Source of the DNA: Candidatus Aenigmatarchaeota archaeon
GTDB taxonomy: Archaea > Aenigmatarchaeota > Aenigmatarchaeia > GW2011-AR5 > JAGGXF01
Length of the DNA stretch: 64,000 nt
Direction: 5' to 3'
NCBI GenBank assembly: GCA_021157845.1
Contig: JAGGVU010000002.1
Location: 31,376 to 95,375, forward strand
The position numbers and the translations under genes were made by a program. Positions 20,503 to 30,287 of this stretch are shown here, one piece after another (position 1 is the stretch's first letter; the number at the start of each line of letters is the position of its first letter). Below the pieces are notes generated by a model that worked only from the letters and a program-made list of their open reading frames with translations, was not told the DNA's origin and made no database searches.

Positions 20503-20579
20503 CCAGTAAAAAGAAGATGACCTGACAAAAATAATATTTCTTTATGTTTGGCAGGCAGTTTCTATATAATACCAAAGAG

Positions 20580-21317
20580 CTATCTCCCATCAGTGCTATC
20601 TTTCTGCTCTTCAAATCCAGATGCCTCTACTTCCTGATAAAGGCCTTTTCGCGGATTTTCCTCTTTATTTTCAACAAGTTCTTGCAGCTTCTGGATATTT
20701 TGCGTCATGGATGGCAAAACCTGTTTAAATGTTTTTTCCATCGCTCCTATTCGCGCTTCTATATCATCTATCCTTTCAGTCAAATTTTTTAGTTCATTTT
20801 TTAGCTCTGTATTGTCATTTGCTTTTGGGATTTCTATCTTGTTTATCTTTTCTCGTAGATTATCCCTTAGTATCAGGAAATCCTTGTTTAATTTTTTTAT
20901 TTGGTCGTCAATTTTTTTCCATTTTTCTTCGACAACGCCTTCTATCAGCTCCTCAAGAATCTCAGCAGAATCGCCGTATTCATCCACACCAGCTGATAGG
21001 TCAGGCACCGGTTCGGGACTTTCGCCAGAAGCGGTTGATAATGCTTGCTCTAAATTATCTGTCGGCTGTTGAGGAGGTGGCTGCTCTCCAAGACCAGCGG
21101 TTGTTGAGTAAAATTGGGGAACCGGTTCTTTTTTTTCTTCCTTTTTCTCAGTCAGGACACCACCTTTTATTGCCTGCATCATACCTTTTTCAATTTCCTT
21201 ATAATTATAACCTTTGGATTTTAGCTCTTTTATAATATCTGTTTCCTGCATACCTTTTGCAGACATTTCCTTTATATCATTCTCTACGTTTTTTTCCTTT
21301 TTATGCAAAAAAAACAT
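20580..21317 (-). CDS. coiled-coil protein with P/Q-rich linker, hypothetical
   Basis: 245-aa ORF with an N-terminal small domain, a PPPQQP linker and a C-terminal coiled coil. Confidence 0.45.
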   Translation of the reverse strand: MFFLHKKEKNVENDIKEMSAKGMQETDIIKELKSKGYNYKEIEKGMMQAIKGGVLTEKKEEKKEPVPQFYSTTAGLGEQPPPQQPTDNLEQALSTASGESPEPVPDLSAGVDEYGDSAEILEELIEGVVEEKWKKIDDQIKKLNKDFLILRDNLREKINKIEIPKANDNTELKNELKNLTERIDDIEARIGAMEKTFKQVLPSMTQNIQKLQELVENKEENPRKGLYQEVEASGFEEQKDSTDGR

Positions 21318-21335
21318 TCATACCCCCTCCGATAA

Positions 21336-21740
21336 TTACTTTAGTCCTAATTTTCTATCTAACTCATCCCTTGTTACAAATTTTTGGCTTATTGGGTTTA
21401 TCAAATCAAACATGCTTTCCAATTCCTTTACATCTCTTTTTGTTGCGGTCTTTTCAAATTTCTCAAATATTTTTTCTATAAGATTTTGTACCTTTACCAT
21501 TTCGTTTTCCAGATTTTTCAACCTTGACTCAACAGCGGTCAACTTCTCCTTTAATGCTTTTTGATGATTAAATTCACGCTGCTCCAAAGAATTAAGCCGC
21601 GATTCAAGAGAGTCAAGCTTTTGCTCCACAGTCCGGAGACGCCTGTTTTCTCTATTAGAGCGCCTGACAAGTTCTTTCATTACCAACGCGCTTTGATTTT
21701 CAGCCATACAAGTTATCAACACCTGAAGATGTAATTTCAA
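21336..21740 (-). CDS. coiled-coil protein, hypothetical
   Basis: Heptad-rich ORF (repeated LxxLESRL). The true start may be the internal Met at about 21707. Confidence 0.45.
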   Translation of the reverse strand: MKLHLQVLITCMAENQSALVMKELVRRSNRENRRLRTVEQKLDSLESRLNSLEQREFNHQKALKEKLTAVESRLKNLENEMVKVQNLIEKIFEKFEKTATKRDVKELESMFDLINPISQKFVTRDELDRKLGLK

Positions 21741-21873
21741 TATCCTATAAGAATCATTTATTTCTTCCCATATTTATAATTTATTATGTTCAGTGGCGGT
21801 CGCAAAAAACACGCATTGTTAATCTCCTTCGGCTATTTGGATGCGTCGCATATGGTTTTGGTCGAAGAGATAT

Positions 21874-21950
21874 TTTTGGCCAAATAGATGATAAACAGTT
21901 AAAACAAACATAAATGCGATATCATATGTCGCTGACAAAGTTAAAACAAA
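21874..21950. repeat. dispersed short intergenic repeat, copy Z (contains both X-like and Y-like halves)
   Basis: TTTGGCCAAATAGATGATAAACAGTTAAAACAAACATAAATGCGATATCATATGTCGCTGACAAAGTTAAAAC. Confidence 0.45.
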
Positions 21951-22009
21951 TCTTTTTTAATTATGAAATTTAAATAAGATTAGAACTTACCCTTTAATAA
22001 ACTACCAAA

Positions 22010-24271
22010 GTGATAATTTGTATGGTTTGTGAATATTCTTACGATCCAAACACGAGAAAGATGCGTGTTGATTGTTTGGGATGCATATATGGAGCCAGTA
22101 TAGAAGATTCGCCAGAATGCATGTCAAGAACCATTGAAAAGCTTATGGAAGTTGGCCGAACTACCGGAGTTATACTTGCTGAAACAAGAGAATATGAGTA
22201 TGATGAGAGAAATACTGCGCTTCTTTTGGAAATTGCGCAGGCAGTTATAAAAATAGTAAAAACAGAAAAGCTTACTGCTATTAAAAATCTTGGAATAACA
22301 GAATGTGAAAAATGTGTTCCGCGCAGATTCAGCAAAATGCAGGACATTGTTTCAACACTTAAGTCAGACCCCATAGACGCTTATAAAATGCTTTTGAGAG
22401 AGATAAGACACGTCAATATGAATATAAAAAAAACACAAAATCCTCTTTGCATAAAATGTTATAACCATTACCTTAATCGTGCACTTATCCCGATAAAAAA
22501 TATCATTGAACCTTTACGTTTAATACAGTTATCTGCTGATAAAATAAAAAAGTCCGGCGACAGATCGATATACCGGGAGATATTTCACCCAACAATACGG
22601 CCGAATTTTATGTTTACAAGGTTTATATCTTTGCCGCCTGCCAATGCAGAGCCGCTTGACAGGTATACAGTAGGGGATGGAAATAGCGTTCAGATAGTTA
22701 AAATCCCTGGAAAGGTAAGGTTGTTATATCATATATCTCCATCTGAATTTAATTTAACAGAAGACGAATATATGTTGCTTGACAGCGCAAGAAACTATTT
22801 GTCAGAGCATAAACCAAAGGAAGCAGAACTAACCGATCCAGAAAGAATCAGGGAGCGATTTTATAATATAAATTTTGATTTATTAAATGAGCTGGCAGAA
22901 AGATACGGTAAGACCATACCTGCAAAAAGGTTGTCCAAGCTTGCGTCTATATTAACACGATATACAGCTGGGTTTGGTGTGCTTGAGCTATTGCTACAGG
23001 ATGAGAAGATACAGGATATTTCTATTAATTCGCCGGTTTCACAAAGTCCGATATATATATTTCACTCAGATTTTGGAGAATGTGAAACTAATTTGGTAGT
23101 TAGCCCGAAAGATGCGGAATCATGGGCAACAAGATTTAGACTTATGTCAGGTCGGCCTTTAGACGAGGCAAACCCAGTCTTGGACACAGAACTGATAGTG
23201 CCTGGTGGCAGGGCAAGGGTGGCTGCTATTACGCGCTCGCTGTCGCCAGAAGGGTTGGGGTTTGCTTTGCGCCGTCACAGGGAAAAACCATGGACATTTC
23301 CATTATTTATAAAAAACAAAATGTTGAACCCGCTGGGTGCAGGATTAATATGGTTTATAATAGATGGAGCAAGAACATTCTTGGTCGCAGGAACGCGGTC
23401 TTCGGGCAAAACTTCATTTTTAGGTTCGATGATGCTGCAAATAATGCCAAGTACAAGGATAATAACAGTGGAAGATACGCTTGAACTTCCGGTAGTTGCA
23501 CTGAAAAAATTAGGTTATGATATAGAAAGGTTAAAAAGCAGGTCAGTTATTACGCAGGTTAAGACAGAGTTACCAGCTGAAGAAGCTCTAAGAACATCGT
23601 TACGACTGGGAGATTCTTCTCTTATAATAGGTGAAGTAAGGTCAAGAGAGGCATTGGCATTGTACGAAGCTATGAGAATAGGCGCCCTTGCAAATGTTGT
23701 TGCCGGAACAATACATGGTGATTCACCATATGGTGTTTTTGATAGGGTTGTGAATGACCTTGGAGTTCCTGCTACAAGTTTCAAAGCCACAGATATAATA
23801 ATAATAGCTAATAGGCTTAAAACACCAGATGGTCTTCATAGCTTTAGGCGCATAACAGAGATAACCGAGCTGAGAAAACATTGGACAGAAACACCAGAAA
23901 AAGGAGGGTTTGAGCCTCTGATGCAATATTCTGCAAAAGATGATGAACTAAAGCCTACACCGACATTGCTGACAGGTGAAAGCACTATTCTGAACAACAT
24001 CAGTCAGAATATAAGAGAATGGCGGGGAAATTGGGATGCAATATGGTCTAATATAAATTTAAGAGCAAAAATTCTAAATCTTATAGTTGAAAGTGCAAAA
24101 AAAACAAATGATGATTCTCTTTTAGAAGCTCCGTTTGTTATGCAGTCAAACAATATTTATCATTTGTTGTGTGACGAGGTAAGAAAGGAAGTCGGAAGTC
24201 TTGATTCTGATATGATTTATGATAAATACGTTGCTTGGATAAAAGAGCAGATTAGAAAAAAGGAATTATAA
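22010..24271 (+). CDS. type IV pilus/archaellum-family secretion ATPase (FlaI/PilB/VirB11 superfamily) with Cys-rich N-terminal extension
   Basis: Walker A GTRSSGKTSF, Walker B-like IIGEVRSREA and a His box TIHGDSPYG. 753 aa, with about 250 extra N-terminal residues containing CxxC..CxxC..C. Confidence 0.8.
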   Translation: MIICMVCEYSYDPNTRKMRVDCLGCIYGASIEDSPECMSRTIEKLMEVGRTTGVILAETREYEYDERNTALLLEIAQAVIKIVKTEKLTAIKNLGITECEKCVPRRFSKMQDIVSTLKSDPIDAYKMLLREIRHVNMNIKKTQNPLCIKCYNHYLNRALIPIKNIIEPLRLIQLSADKIKKSGDRSIYREIFHPTIRPNFMFTRFISLPPANAEPLDRYTVGDGNSVQIVKIPGKVRLLYHISPSEFNLTEDEYMLLDSARNYLSEHKPKEAELTDPERIRERFYNINFDLLNELAERYGKTIPAKRLSKLASILTRYTAGFGVLELLLQDEKIQDISINSPVSQSPIYIFHSDFGECETNLVVSPKDAESWATRFRLMSGRPLDEANPVLDTELIVPGGRARVAAITRSLSPEGLGFALRRHREKPWTFPLFIKNKMLNPLGAGLIWFIIDGARTFLVAGTRSSGKTSFLGSMMLQIMPSTRIITVEDTLELPVVALKKLGYDIERLKSRSVITQVKTELPAEEALRTSLRLGDSSLIIGEVRSREALALYEAMRIGALANVVAGTIHGDSPYGVFDRVVNDLGVPATSFKATDIIIIANRLKTPDGLHSFRRITEITELRKHWTETPEKGGFEPLMQYSAKDDELKPTPTLLTGESTILNNISQNIREWRGNWDAIWSNINLRAKILNLIVESAKKTNDDSLLEAPFVMQSNNIYHLLCDEVRKEVGSLDSDMIYDKYVAWIKEQIRKKEL

Positions 24272-24283
24272 GAGGCAGAAGAA

Positions 24284-26323
24284 ATGGGATGGTTTGACAA
24301 CACCTTCGATGATAAAAAGGATAAAAAAAATATAAACAAAAAAAAAGAGCCACCGAAGGAACTTCAGACGCCAGAAACAAGAGAGTATAAAATTTTCAAG
24401 GAAGAAGAATTTTTTTTTGCCAAACATACGCTCTATGAAAAAGCATGTGCTATTGCAGAGAAGATATTGAAAATCAGCCCAGATAAAAAAACAGGATATC
24501 AGTTGGATAGGGCAATAAAGTTTACACATTTAAAATGCACAAAAGAGGGCGTGACATCGTTAGCATCTTTATTTTTATTTTTTTGGACATTCTTAATATT
24601 TTTTCTGGTTATCACAAAGTATATAACTGGGGTCGGAATATCCCTTATACTTGGTGGACTTATTTTTATTATCATTTCACCATTTGCTTATTATTTGTAT
24701 AAATATCCGCTTCACCTGAAAAAAAAATATGAGATTCATATAGGCAGTGAAATAGTGATGCTTATTCTGTATATGGTCATATATATGAAGGATCATGCTA
24801 ACTTAGAGGGGGCATTGGACTTCTCAGCCAAAAATTTAAGAGGGCCCCTTTCTTATGATATCAGGAAACTTTTATGGGATATTGAAGTTGGTGTCTACAA
24901 AACACCGGAAGAGGCGTTAATAGAATATGCATCCAATTGGAGAGAAAATAAAGAGTTTGTAGAGTCTATACAAACAATAATTTCCAGCCTTGCACAAACA
25001 GAAGACCGGCGGATAATCGTTTTAGACCAAGCCATGAATATAATCCTGAACGGAACAAGGGAGCGCGTAAAGAGATATAGCTATAAATTAAAAATGCCAA
25101 TTATGGTTGTTAACGCACTCGGAATAACGTTGCCAATCATGGGATTGGTTATGTTTCCAGTTATTGCTATATTTCTTTCAGACATATTCAAGCCAATAAT
25201 GCTGTTTGTGGGGTATGATGTATTGTTGCCTATACTGCTGTTTTTTATAATAGTAAATATTCTTGAAACCAGGCCTGTTACATTCAGTAAAATAGATATA
25301 TCTGACAATCCTTCGGTTCCTGCAGAGGGCAAGTTTAATCTGAAGCTTAAGAATATAACAAAGGAAGTTCCAGCATGGCCATTTGCTATTTTTATTGCGT
25401 CTCTTTTCTTTTTAGGAGGGCTATTCCTTTTCACAAAAGAGGCAGAAGGGCTGATAGCTTCTGTTTTAATGATAGCAGGTATAAATTTTGGGATAATGGT
25501 GTATAACTATCTTTTATCTTTCCAGCTTATCAAAATCAGGAAAGAGACAAGAGAAATAGAAGGGCAGTTTGCAGAGGCCTTATTCCAACTGGGCAACAGG
25601 GTTTCGTCGGGCGCTCCTATCGAAATTGCTCTTGAGAGAAGTGTTGCTGATATGGAGAATCTGACAATAAAAAACCTTTTCAAATCTGCGCTCTCAAATA
25701 TGCAGAATCTTGGTCTTACATTTGAGGGCTCATTTTTTGACAGGAAATACGGTGCTATAAAGCAGTATCCTTCAAAGCTGATAAAATCTGTTATGAGGTC
25801 CGTCATAGACTCAAGTAAAAAGGGTGTTCAGCTTGCTGCCACATCAATGCTTAACATATCGCGATATTTAAGAGATATACATGAAACACAGGAAGAAATT
25901 GAGGAAGAAATGGGGGATATCATAAGTTCTTTGAAATTTCAGGCGTTCTTTTTATCACCACTGGTTAGCGGCGTTGTTGTAACAACAGCTACTATAATAA
26001 TCAGAATATTAAATCAGCTACACCAGACAGTTGGCGGAATGACAAATGTTCCTGGTGGCGGATTCGGGACAAGTTTACTTGGTGCATGGGGACAAATACC
26101 AATTAACCCGGGCGCTTTTCAGCTTATAGTTGGCCTTTATCTTGTTGAGACACTTTTGCTGCTTTCTATGTTTATCAGCGGGATAGGAACTGGTGAAGAT
26201 AAAATAGGTAAAAGAGATCTCACAGCAAGTATTTTATTAATAGGATTTATAGTATATATAATATCATTGGGAATAACTTTATTAGTATTCGGCCCAATGG
26301 TTGCGATAGGTGTTGCGGTATGA
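24284..26323 (+). CDS. polytopic membrane platform protein (FlaJ/TadC/PilC-like)
   Basis: 679 aa with more than 9 TM helices and two cytoplasmic helical domains. Sits immediately downstream of the ATPase. Confidence 0.6.
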   Translation: MGWFDNTFDDKKDKKNINKKKEPPKELQTPETREYKIFKEEEFFFAKHTLYEKACAIAEKILKISPDKKTGYQLDRAIKFTHLKCTKEGVTSLASLFLFFWTFLIFFLVITKYITGVGISLILGGLIFIIISPFAYYLYKYPLHLKKKYEIHIGSEIVMLILYMVIYMKDHANLEGALDFSAKNLRGPLSYDIRKLLWDIEVGVYKTPEEALIEYASNWRENKEFVESIQTIISSLAQTEDRRIIVLDQAMNIILNGTRERVKRYSYKLKMPIMVVNALGITLPIMGLVMFPVIAIFLSDIFKPIMLFVGYDVLLPILLFFIIVNILETRPVTFSKIDISDNPSVPAEGKFNLKLKNITKEVPAWPFAIFIASLFFLGGLFLFTKEAEGLIASVLMIAGINFGIMVYNYLLSFQLIKIRKETREIEGQFAEALFQLGNRVSSGAPIEIALERSVADMENLTIKNLFKSALSNMQNLGLTFEGSFFDRKYGAIKQYPSKLIKSVMRSVIDSSKKGVQLAATSMLNISRYLRDIHETQEEIEEEMGDIISSLKFQAFFLSPLVSGVVVTTATIIIRILNQLHQTVGGMTNVPGGGFGTSLLGAWGQIPINPGAFQLIVGLYLVETLLLLSMFISGIGTGEDKIGKRDLTASILLIGFIVYIISLGITLLVFGPMVAIGVAV

Positions 26324-26451
26324 GGAAAGGATATACGCTTAACCTCTGGTTGATTATTATTTTAATAATTTTTTGCCTGGCTTTAATTTATTTTTTAGTG
26401 CTTAGAGAAAAAATTTTATCGAATGTCCTGGATGTGGTTTCATGGAAATAA
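26320..26451 (+). CDS. small pilin-like protein (43 aa; not in ORF track)
   Basis: MRKGYTLNLWLIIILIIFCLALIYFLVL.. shows a class-III signal-peptide pattern (RKG then a hydrophobic stretch). ATG overlaps the upstream stop (ATGA). Confidence 0.3.
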   Translation: MRKGYTLNLWLIIILIIFCLALIYFLVLREKILSNVLDVVSWK

Positions 26452-26612
26452 AACATAAAGGACTGGCAACTGATTTGGCAGCAAAGATAATTTTATTTGT
26501 TATGGTTGCTGCGGTTGTAATTTTTATTTATTTAGCTGCTACCAAATCATTTTTCCCTCAGTCGGGTCAAAATATATTTGTTTCGTTTTGGAAAGCAATA
26601 TTTGGTGCCTGA
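26442..26612 (+). CDS. small pilin-like protein (56 aa; not in ORF track)
   Basis: MEIKHKGLATDLAAKIILFVMVAAVVIFIYL.. has a KG motif followed by a hydrophobic helix. Overlaps the previous ORF. Confidence 0.3.
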   Translation: MEIKHKGLATDLAAKIILFVMVAAVVIFIYLAATKSFFPQSGQNIFVSFWKAIFGA

Positions 26613-26629
26613 CAAATTGGGATGTTTAA

Positions 26630-27631
26630 ATGAGAAAAAAAGGTCAATTTAGCTTTACAAAAGCCATTATTATTTTAGTAGTAGTTATTGCACTGTCTCT
26701 CTTGATATTATCAAAAGTAAGGGTGTTTAGCAGAGATTCGCTGAATGGAAAAATAAACTTAAATTTTGTTGAACTTCTAAATACGCCAGATATTTCAGGT
26801 TCTGTTTCTATGTCAGGAACAGATGCACAGGGAAACAGCCAGTATGAATATAATTTTAATGTTGGAAATATGGAGCTAAAGTATCATGGTGCTGATGAGA
26901 CAACTGTTATAATTATTTTTACATTTAAAGGCCCAACTGACAAGACACTTCCAATTGGCGAAATAAAACTAATACCAAACGAAATGGCTGAAATCGATCC
27001 GCCTGCTGTAAAATTTCAGATGTCATTAAAATCAGGAATTTTTGCTCAGGCGCCCCCTTCGTTTAATGGAAAAATAAACAGCACTGCTGGTGGTGTTTAT
27101 GTTGGAAATTTTTCAATATATGCAAGAATAAAGGAATGTAAGGAAACGACAAGCAGCGTAACAGGTCAAACAAAAAAGGAATCAAAAATAGATTTTGACG
27201 TCTACGGAAGGACAAATGAAACATCAGATATAGAGCAATTGGGAACGATCAGTTTTTGCTGCAGCTATGACAGCTATGGCAGTTCTAATAATATTTGTAC
27301 AGACTGCAAAGGGAATGAAACAACAACACAAACACTGGCAAATTTACCGGGCAATGGTGAGGTAGCTATCTCATATACTGGCATATGCGGCGAAGACATC
27401 ATGGCCGACCAAGGCATACCTATTACATATAATTGGGTAGATGTAGGAATAGATGCAAAAGGTGGGTACAAAAAAAGTTTAGAGAATTATAAAACTGTAT
27501 ATATAAGGTTTTTTAAAAAAAGCAGCTGCGTGGAAAATAATGGCAATGATTTATCTCAGCTTATGGGCAAATGTGCTGCTGATAATTATTTGGGAATGCG
27601 GTCTTTTGAAGCAGATGTGAAAGAAATATAA
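26630..27631 (+). CDS. large Cys-rich pilin-like protein with class III signal peptide
   Basis: N-terminus MRKKGQFSFTKAIIILVVVIALSLLIL. 333 aa with 8 Cys in the C-terminal half. Confidence 0.6.
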   Translation: MRKKGQFSFTKAIIILVVVIALSLLILSKVRVFSRDSLNGKINLNFVELLNTPDISGSVSMSGTDAQGNSQYEYNFNVGNMELKYHGADETTVIIIFTFKGPTDKTLPIGEIKLIPNEMAEIDPPAVKFQMSLKSGIFAQAPPSFNGKINSTAGGVYVGNFSIYARIKECKETTSSVTGQTKKESKIDFDVYGRTNETSDIEQLGTISFCCSYDSYGSSNNICTDCKGNETTTQTLANLPGNGEVAISYTGICGEDIMADQGIPITYNWVDVGIDAKGGYKKSLENYKTVYIRFFKKSSCVENNGNDLSQLMGKCAADNYLGMRSFEADVKEI

Positions 27632-27651
27632 TTATTTAATGATGATGCAAA

Positions 27652-27786
27652 ATGAAAAAATTTTTATGGGCTATAATATTGCTTGTTGCTGCAGTTTTTA
27701 TACTAACGCTATTTATACTGAAAGCTAAAAATATGGGCATAAGCCTTATTGAATATATAGCTGGTCTGAATCTGTTTGGTGGTTAA
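27652..27786 (+). CDS. small hydrophobic protein (44 aa; not in ORF track)
   Basis: MKKFLWAIILLVAAVFILTLFIL.. fills an otherwise noncoding gap within the operon. Confidence 0.25.
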   Translation: MKKFLWAIILLVAAVFILTLFILKAKNMGISLIEYIAGLNLFGG

Positions 27787-27927
27787 ATGGAAATGCAGGG
27801 TTTTTTGGTAAGGCTATTGATAATGCTTGCGGTGCTTGCACTTATTTTTTTACTGCTTAAAGGGATTGTACCGGGTTTTGATGAGTCAGTCAAAAATTTA
27901 GTATGTTATGCTTTTGGAAATTGTTAA
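27787..27927 (+). CDS. small hydrophobic protein (46 aa; not in ORF track)
   Basis: MEMQGFLVRLLIMLAVLALIFLLL.. In the same frame as the next pilin-like gene, separated by a single TAA. Confidence 0.25.
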   Translation: MEMQGFLVRLLIMLAVLALIFLLLKGIVPGFDESVKNLVCYAFGNC

Positions 27928-27936
27928 GGTGATATT

Positions 27937-29130
27937 ATAAATAAAAAAGGAGATATTGAGATAGGGCTGGCACAGATTATACAAGTTATTATAGCATTAC
28001 TTGTTATTGCAACGCTTGTTTCAATTTTCAATACAGGAGCCGCTGCCACCCGTGAACAAACAGCCTTTGTCACTGCACAGGCACTCGCTGCACGCATAAA
28101 TGAGGCGTGTTTAGACACAAGTCAAGAGAGTTTAGGCACAAGTCAAGAGATGGAGATAAATATTCCGCAAGGAAAGATAATGCCATCTGTAAATTCACTT
28201 GATCCCGGAACAACTGTCGAAGGCGCTTATATAAAGATGCTTGCAGACCCAGAATTTGTTCTTTATTACGAGAGTTTTCCAATAGGCGATGATATTTCAT
28301 GGACATTATACACAGACCTTCCTTATACTGTCTATGCTTCGCTTAACGACAGCAGGCAAACTATACAAAATTTTAACGAGCTGGAAGCAGATTTTGTTTC
28401 CAATGTTAAAAAAGAGGTCAGTGACTACCTTTTAACAAAGGGGGTTGATGATGATTATCTCAAAGACGTTGAAAACATGAATGTCTTCCTGACAAATAAA
28501 TTAGTTGGAGGCGAACTGGGCAGCTGGCATCATACGAGCGTTGCAGACATTTTTAATATTTCTTTTACAGGGTTTAATCTTGCTAAAGCTTCATCAATCA
28601 AATATTTAGCATGTGGGGATAATGCACTTTGCCTTAAAACTCATAAAAATATCTATAGATTTCCGCTTACTAATTGCGACGGTATAGATTCAATAGAATT
28701 GCACACAGACAGCTTTTGGTCTTTTGGTCACCAGCGGGGGTTTGGGCTGGCTAGTCCATGTAAGTTAAAGGTGAAAATTTACAGGGCAAGTGGAAATAAT
28801 TGTTATTGCCACCAAAAACTATCTACCCCGATTTTTAATGTCTCGGAAAATGGAACTGCCACAACTATCGGAAAGAGAACAATGTGTTTTAATGAGCTTG
28901 GTGAAGAAAAGGCAGATAATAATTTTCAGTGTATAATAGTTGAGGCAGTTGGCGGAGCAAAAGACGGAACATTTTGTTATGTAAAAGACAGAAGCTGGAC
29001 GTACAACAATATAGCTGAAGATTTAGAACTGGTTAAAAGCAGTAATAACATTTATCCTGTTCTTAAACCACCGAGGCACTGGAGAGGTAAGCTTGGACTT
29101 AAAAATATATTCTGGCGGTGGCCCGACTGA
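27937..29130 (+). CDS. large Cys-rich pilin-like protein; pilin-type N-terminus lies upstream of the first ATG (28150), candidate non-canonical ATA start
   Basis: In-frame upstream sequence reads (I)NKKGDIEIGLAQIIQVIIALLVIATLVSIF, matching the class-III signal peptides of neighbouring genes. AGGTGA lies 4 nt before the ATA at 27937. The ORF track gives only 28150..29130. Confidence 0.45.
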   Translation: MNKKGDIEIGLAQIIQVIIALLVIATLVSIFNTGAAATREQTAFVTAQALAARINEACLDTSQESLGTSQEMEINIPQGKIMPSVNSLDPGTTVEGAYIKMLADPEFVLYYESFPIGDDISWTLYTDLPYTVYASLNDSRQTIQNFNELEADFVSNVKKEVSDYLLTKGVDDDYLKDVENMNVFLTNKLVGGELGSWHHTSVADIFNISFTGFNLAKASSIKYLACGDNALCLKTHKNIYRFPLTNCDGIDSIELHTDSFWSFGHQRGFGLASPCKLKVKIYRASGNNCYCHQKLSTPIFNVSENGTATTIGKRTMCFNELGEEKADNNFQCIIVEAVGGAKDGTFCYVKDRSWTYNNIAEDLELVKSSNNIYPVLKPPRHWRGKLGLKNIFWRWPD

Positions 29131-29543
29131 TGTCAAAGGGTGCAGGAGCTCTGATAAAAGAGGTTTTATGCATAGTTATAGGGCTTATTATTTTTGCACT
29201 TTTCGCAGTTCCTATAATGCAGGCTACAGGCAACACAATTGCTGAAGCAGGTATGAACCTAAACGCAAGGTATCATTGCGAGCAAATAGCCGGAATATTG
29301 AACATGTTATCGTCTTCTGATAATATGACAGTATTTTATAAAATTCCTTCAGAAAAATGTAATGTGAATATAAATGTTAATAATTCAAAAAGTGTGGAAG
29401 TTTTTATTGACCAGTCAAGCTATCAAAAATCTTTCATCGACAGCAGCATCGAAATTGTTCCTGCTAGTTTTTCCTGTAAAAATGGTGCTGCATCTTTGAA
29501 ATTTGAAAAAAAAGGAGACAAAATTTTAATAACAGGTGGATAA
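29130..29543 (+). CDS. pilin-like protein with class III signal peptide
   Basis: MSKGAGALIKEVLCIVIGLIIFALFAV. The ATG overlaps the upstream TGA. Confidence 0.55.
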   Translation: MSKGAGALIKEVLCIVIGLIIFALFAVPIMQATGNTIAEAGMNLNARYHCEQIAGILNMLSSSDNMTVFYKIPSEKCNVNINVNNSKSVEVFIDQSSYQKSFIDSSIEIVPASFSCKNGAASLKFEKKGDKILITGG

Positions 29544-30287
29544 ATGGATATAGTAAAGACAATACTTTTGGTTATACGCATGGTTGCTTTTGGAGCTTTT
29601 ATTGTGTTTTTCTTTACAAACCTATTTAATGTAACTATATCTGCGGATAGTCACGACAGTGAAAGATTTTCAGTAGAGATATCTGAAAACCTTTTAGCTT
29701 CTGATCTGACAAATGGATATGCAGTTTTTGACACTGCCAAGTTAGACGAACTCGATAAGAAGCATATAGAGCCGATATACAGCTGTGAATTTGTTTATTT
29801 GGCGAACATAACTGATTTAGAAACTCATGATTACTGGCTGATTGGTTCTGACTTTGGGCATATAGTTAACAGTCTTGTCTTGCCCGTTAAAATTAATAAT
29901 AGCGGTTCAATACATAAAGGCAGTATGCTGTTATACATAATGGAAAACCCATTCTCAAAAGTGAGCTGCCTTTTGAACAAAGCTGAAGAAGAGGGGCAAT
30001 CAAGCCTGACACTTGACTGGAGCAAGGGCACTGTAAAAAATCCCAAGAAAGCAAAAGAATTAGAAGTTGAAATAAAATGGTTTGGTAATTATTTTTGTGT
30101 CATTGACAAATATAATACAATAGCAACATTTAATTTATATTATCCAAAACCGACCACTGTTTATATGTGTAGATATTCATCAACACCGCTGAGAGATTTC
30201 AGCTATGAAAAACCAATTAAAACACTTATTGCCATAAGAGAAAACGGGAAATTAAAGTTAGAAGCAGAAGGTTTTAATGATGAATAA
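29544..30287 (+). CDS. pilus-associated protein with N-terminal signal anchor
   Basis: MDIVKTILLVIRMVAFGAFIVFFF. Start is coupled directly to the upstream stop. Confidence 0.5.
   Translation: MDIVKTILLVIRMVAFGAFIVFFFTNLFNVTISADSHDSERFSVEISENLLASDLTNGYAVFDTAKLDELDKKHIEPIYSCEFVYLANITDLETHDYWLIGSDFGHIVNSLVLPVKINNSGSIHKGSMLLYIMENPFSKVSCLLNKAEEEGQSSLTLDWSKGTVKNPKKAKELEVEIKWFGNYFCVIDKYNTIATFNLYYPKPTTVYMCRYSSTPLRDFSYEKPIKTLIAIRENGKLKLEAEGFNDE

Noticed and set aside
20707-21564. Several + strand ORFs (20707-21072, 20729-21235, 21214-21564, 21257-21481) opposite the coiled-coil genes.
   Set aside because: They are antisense shadows of lysine/glutamate-rich coiled-coil genes, which give Phe/Leu/Ser-rich junk in the reverse frame.
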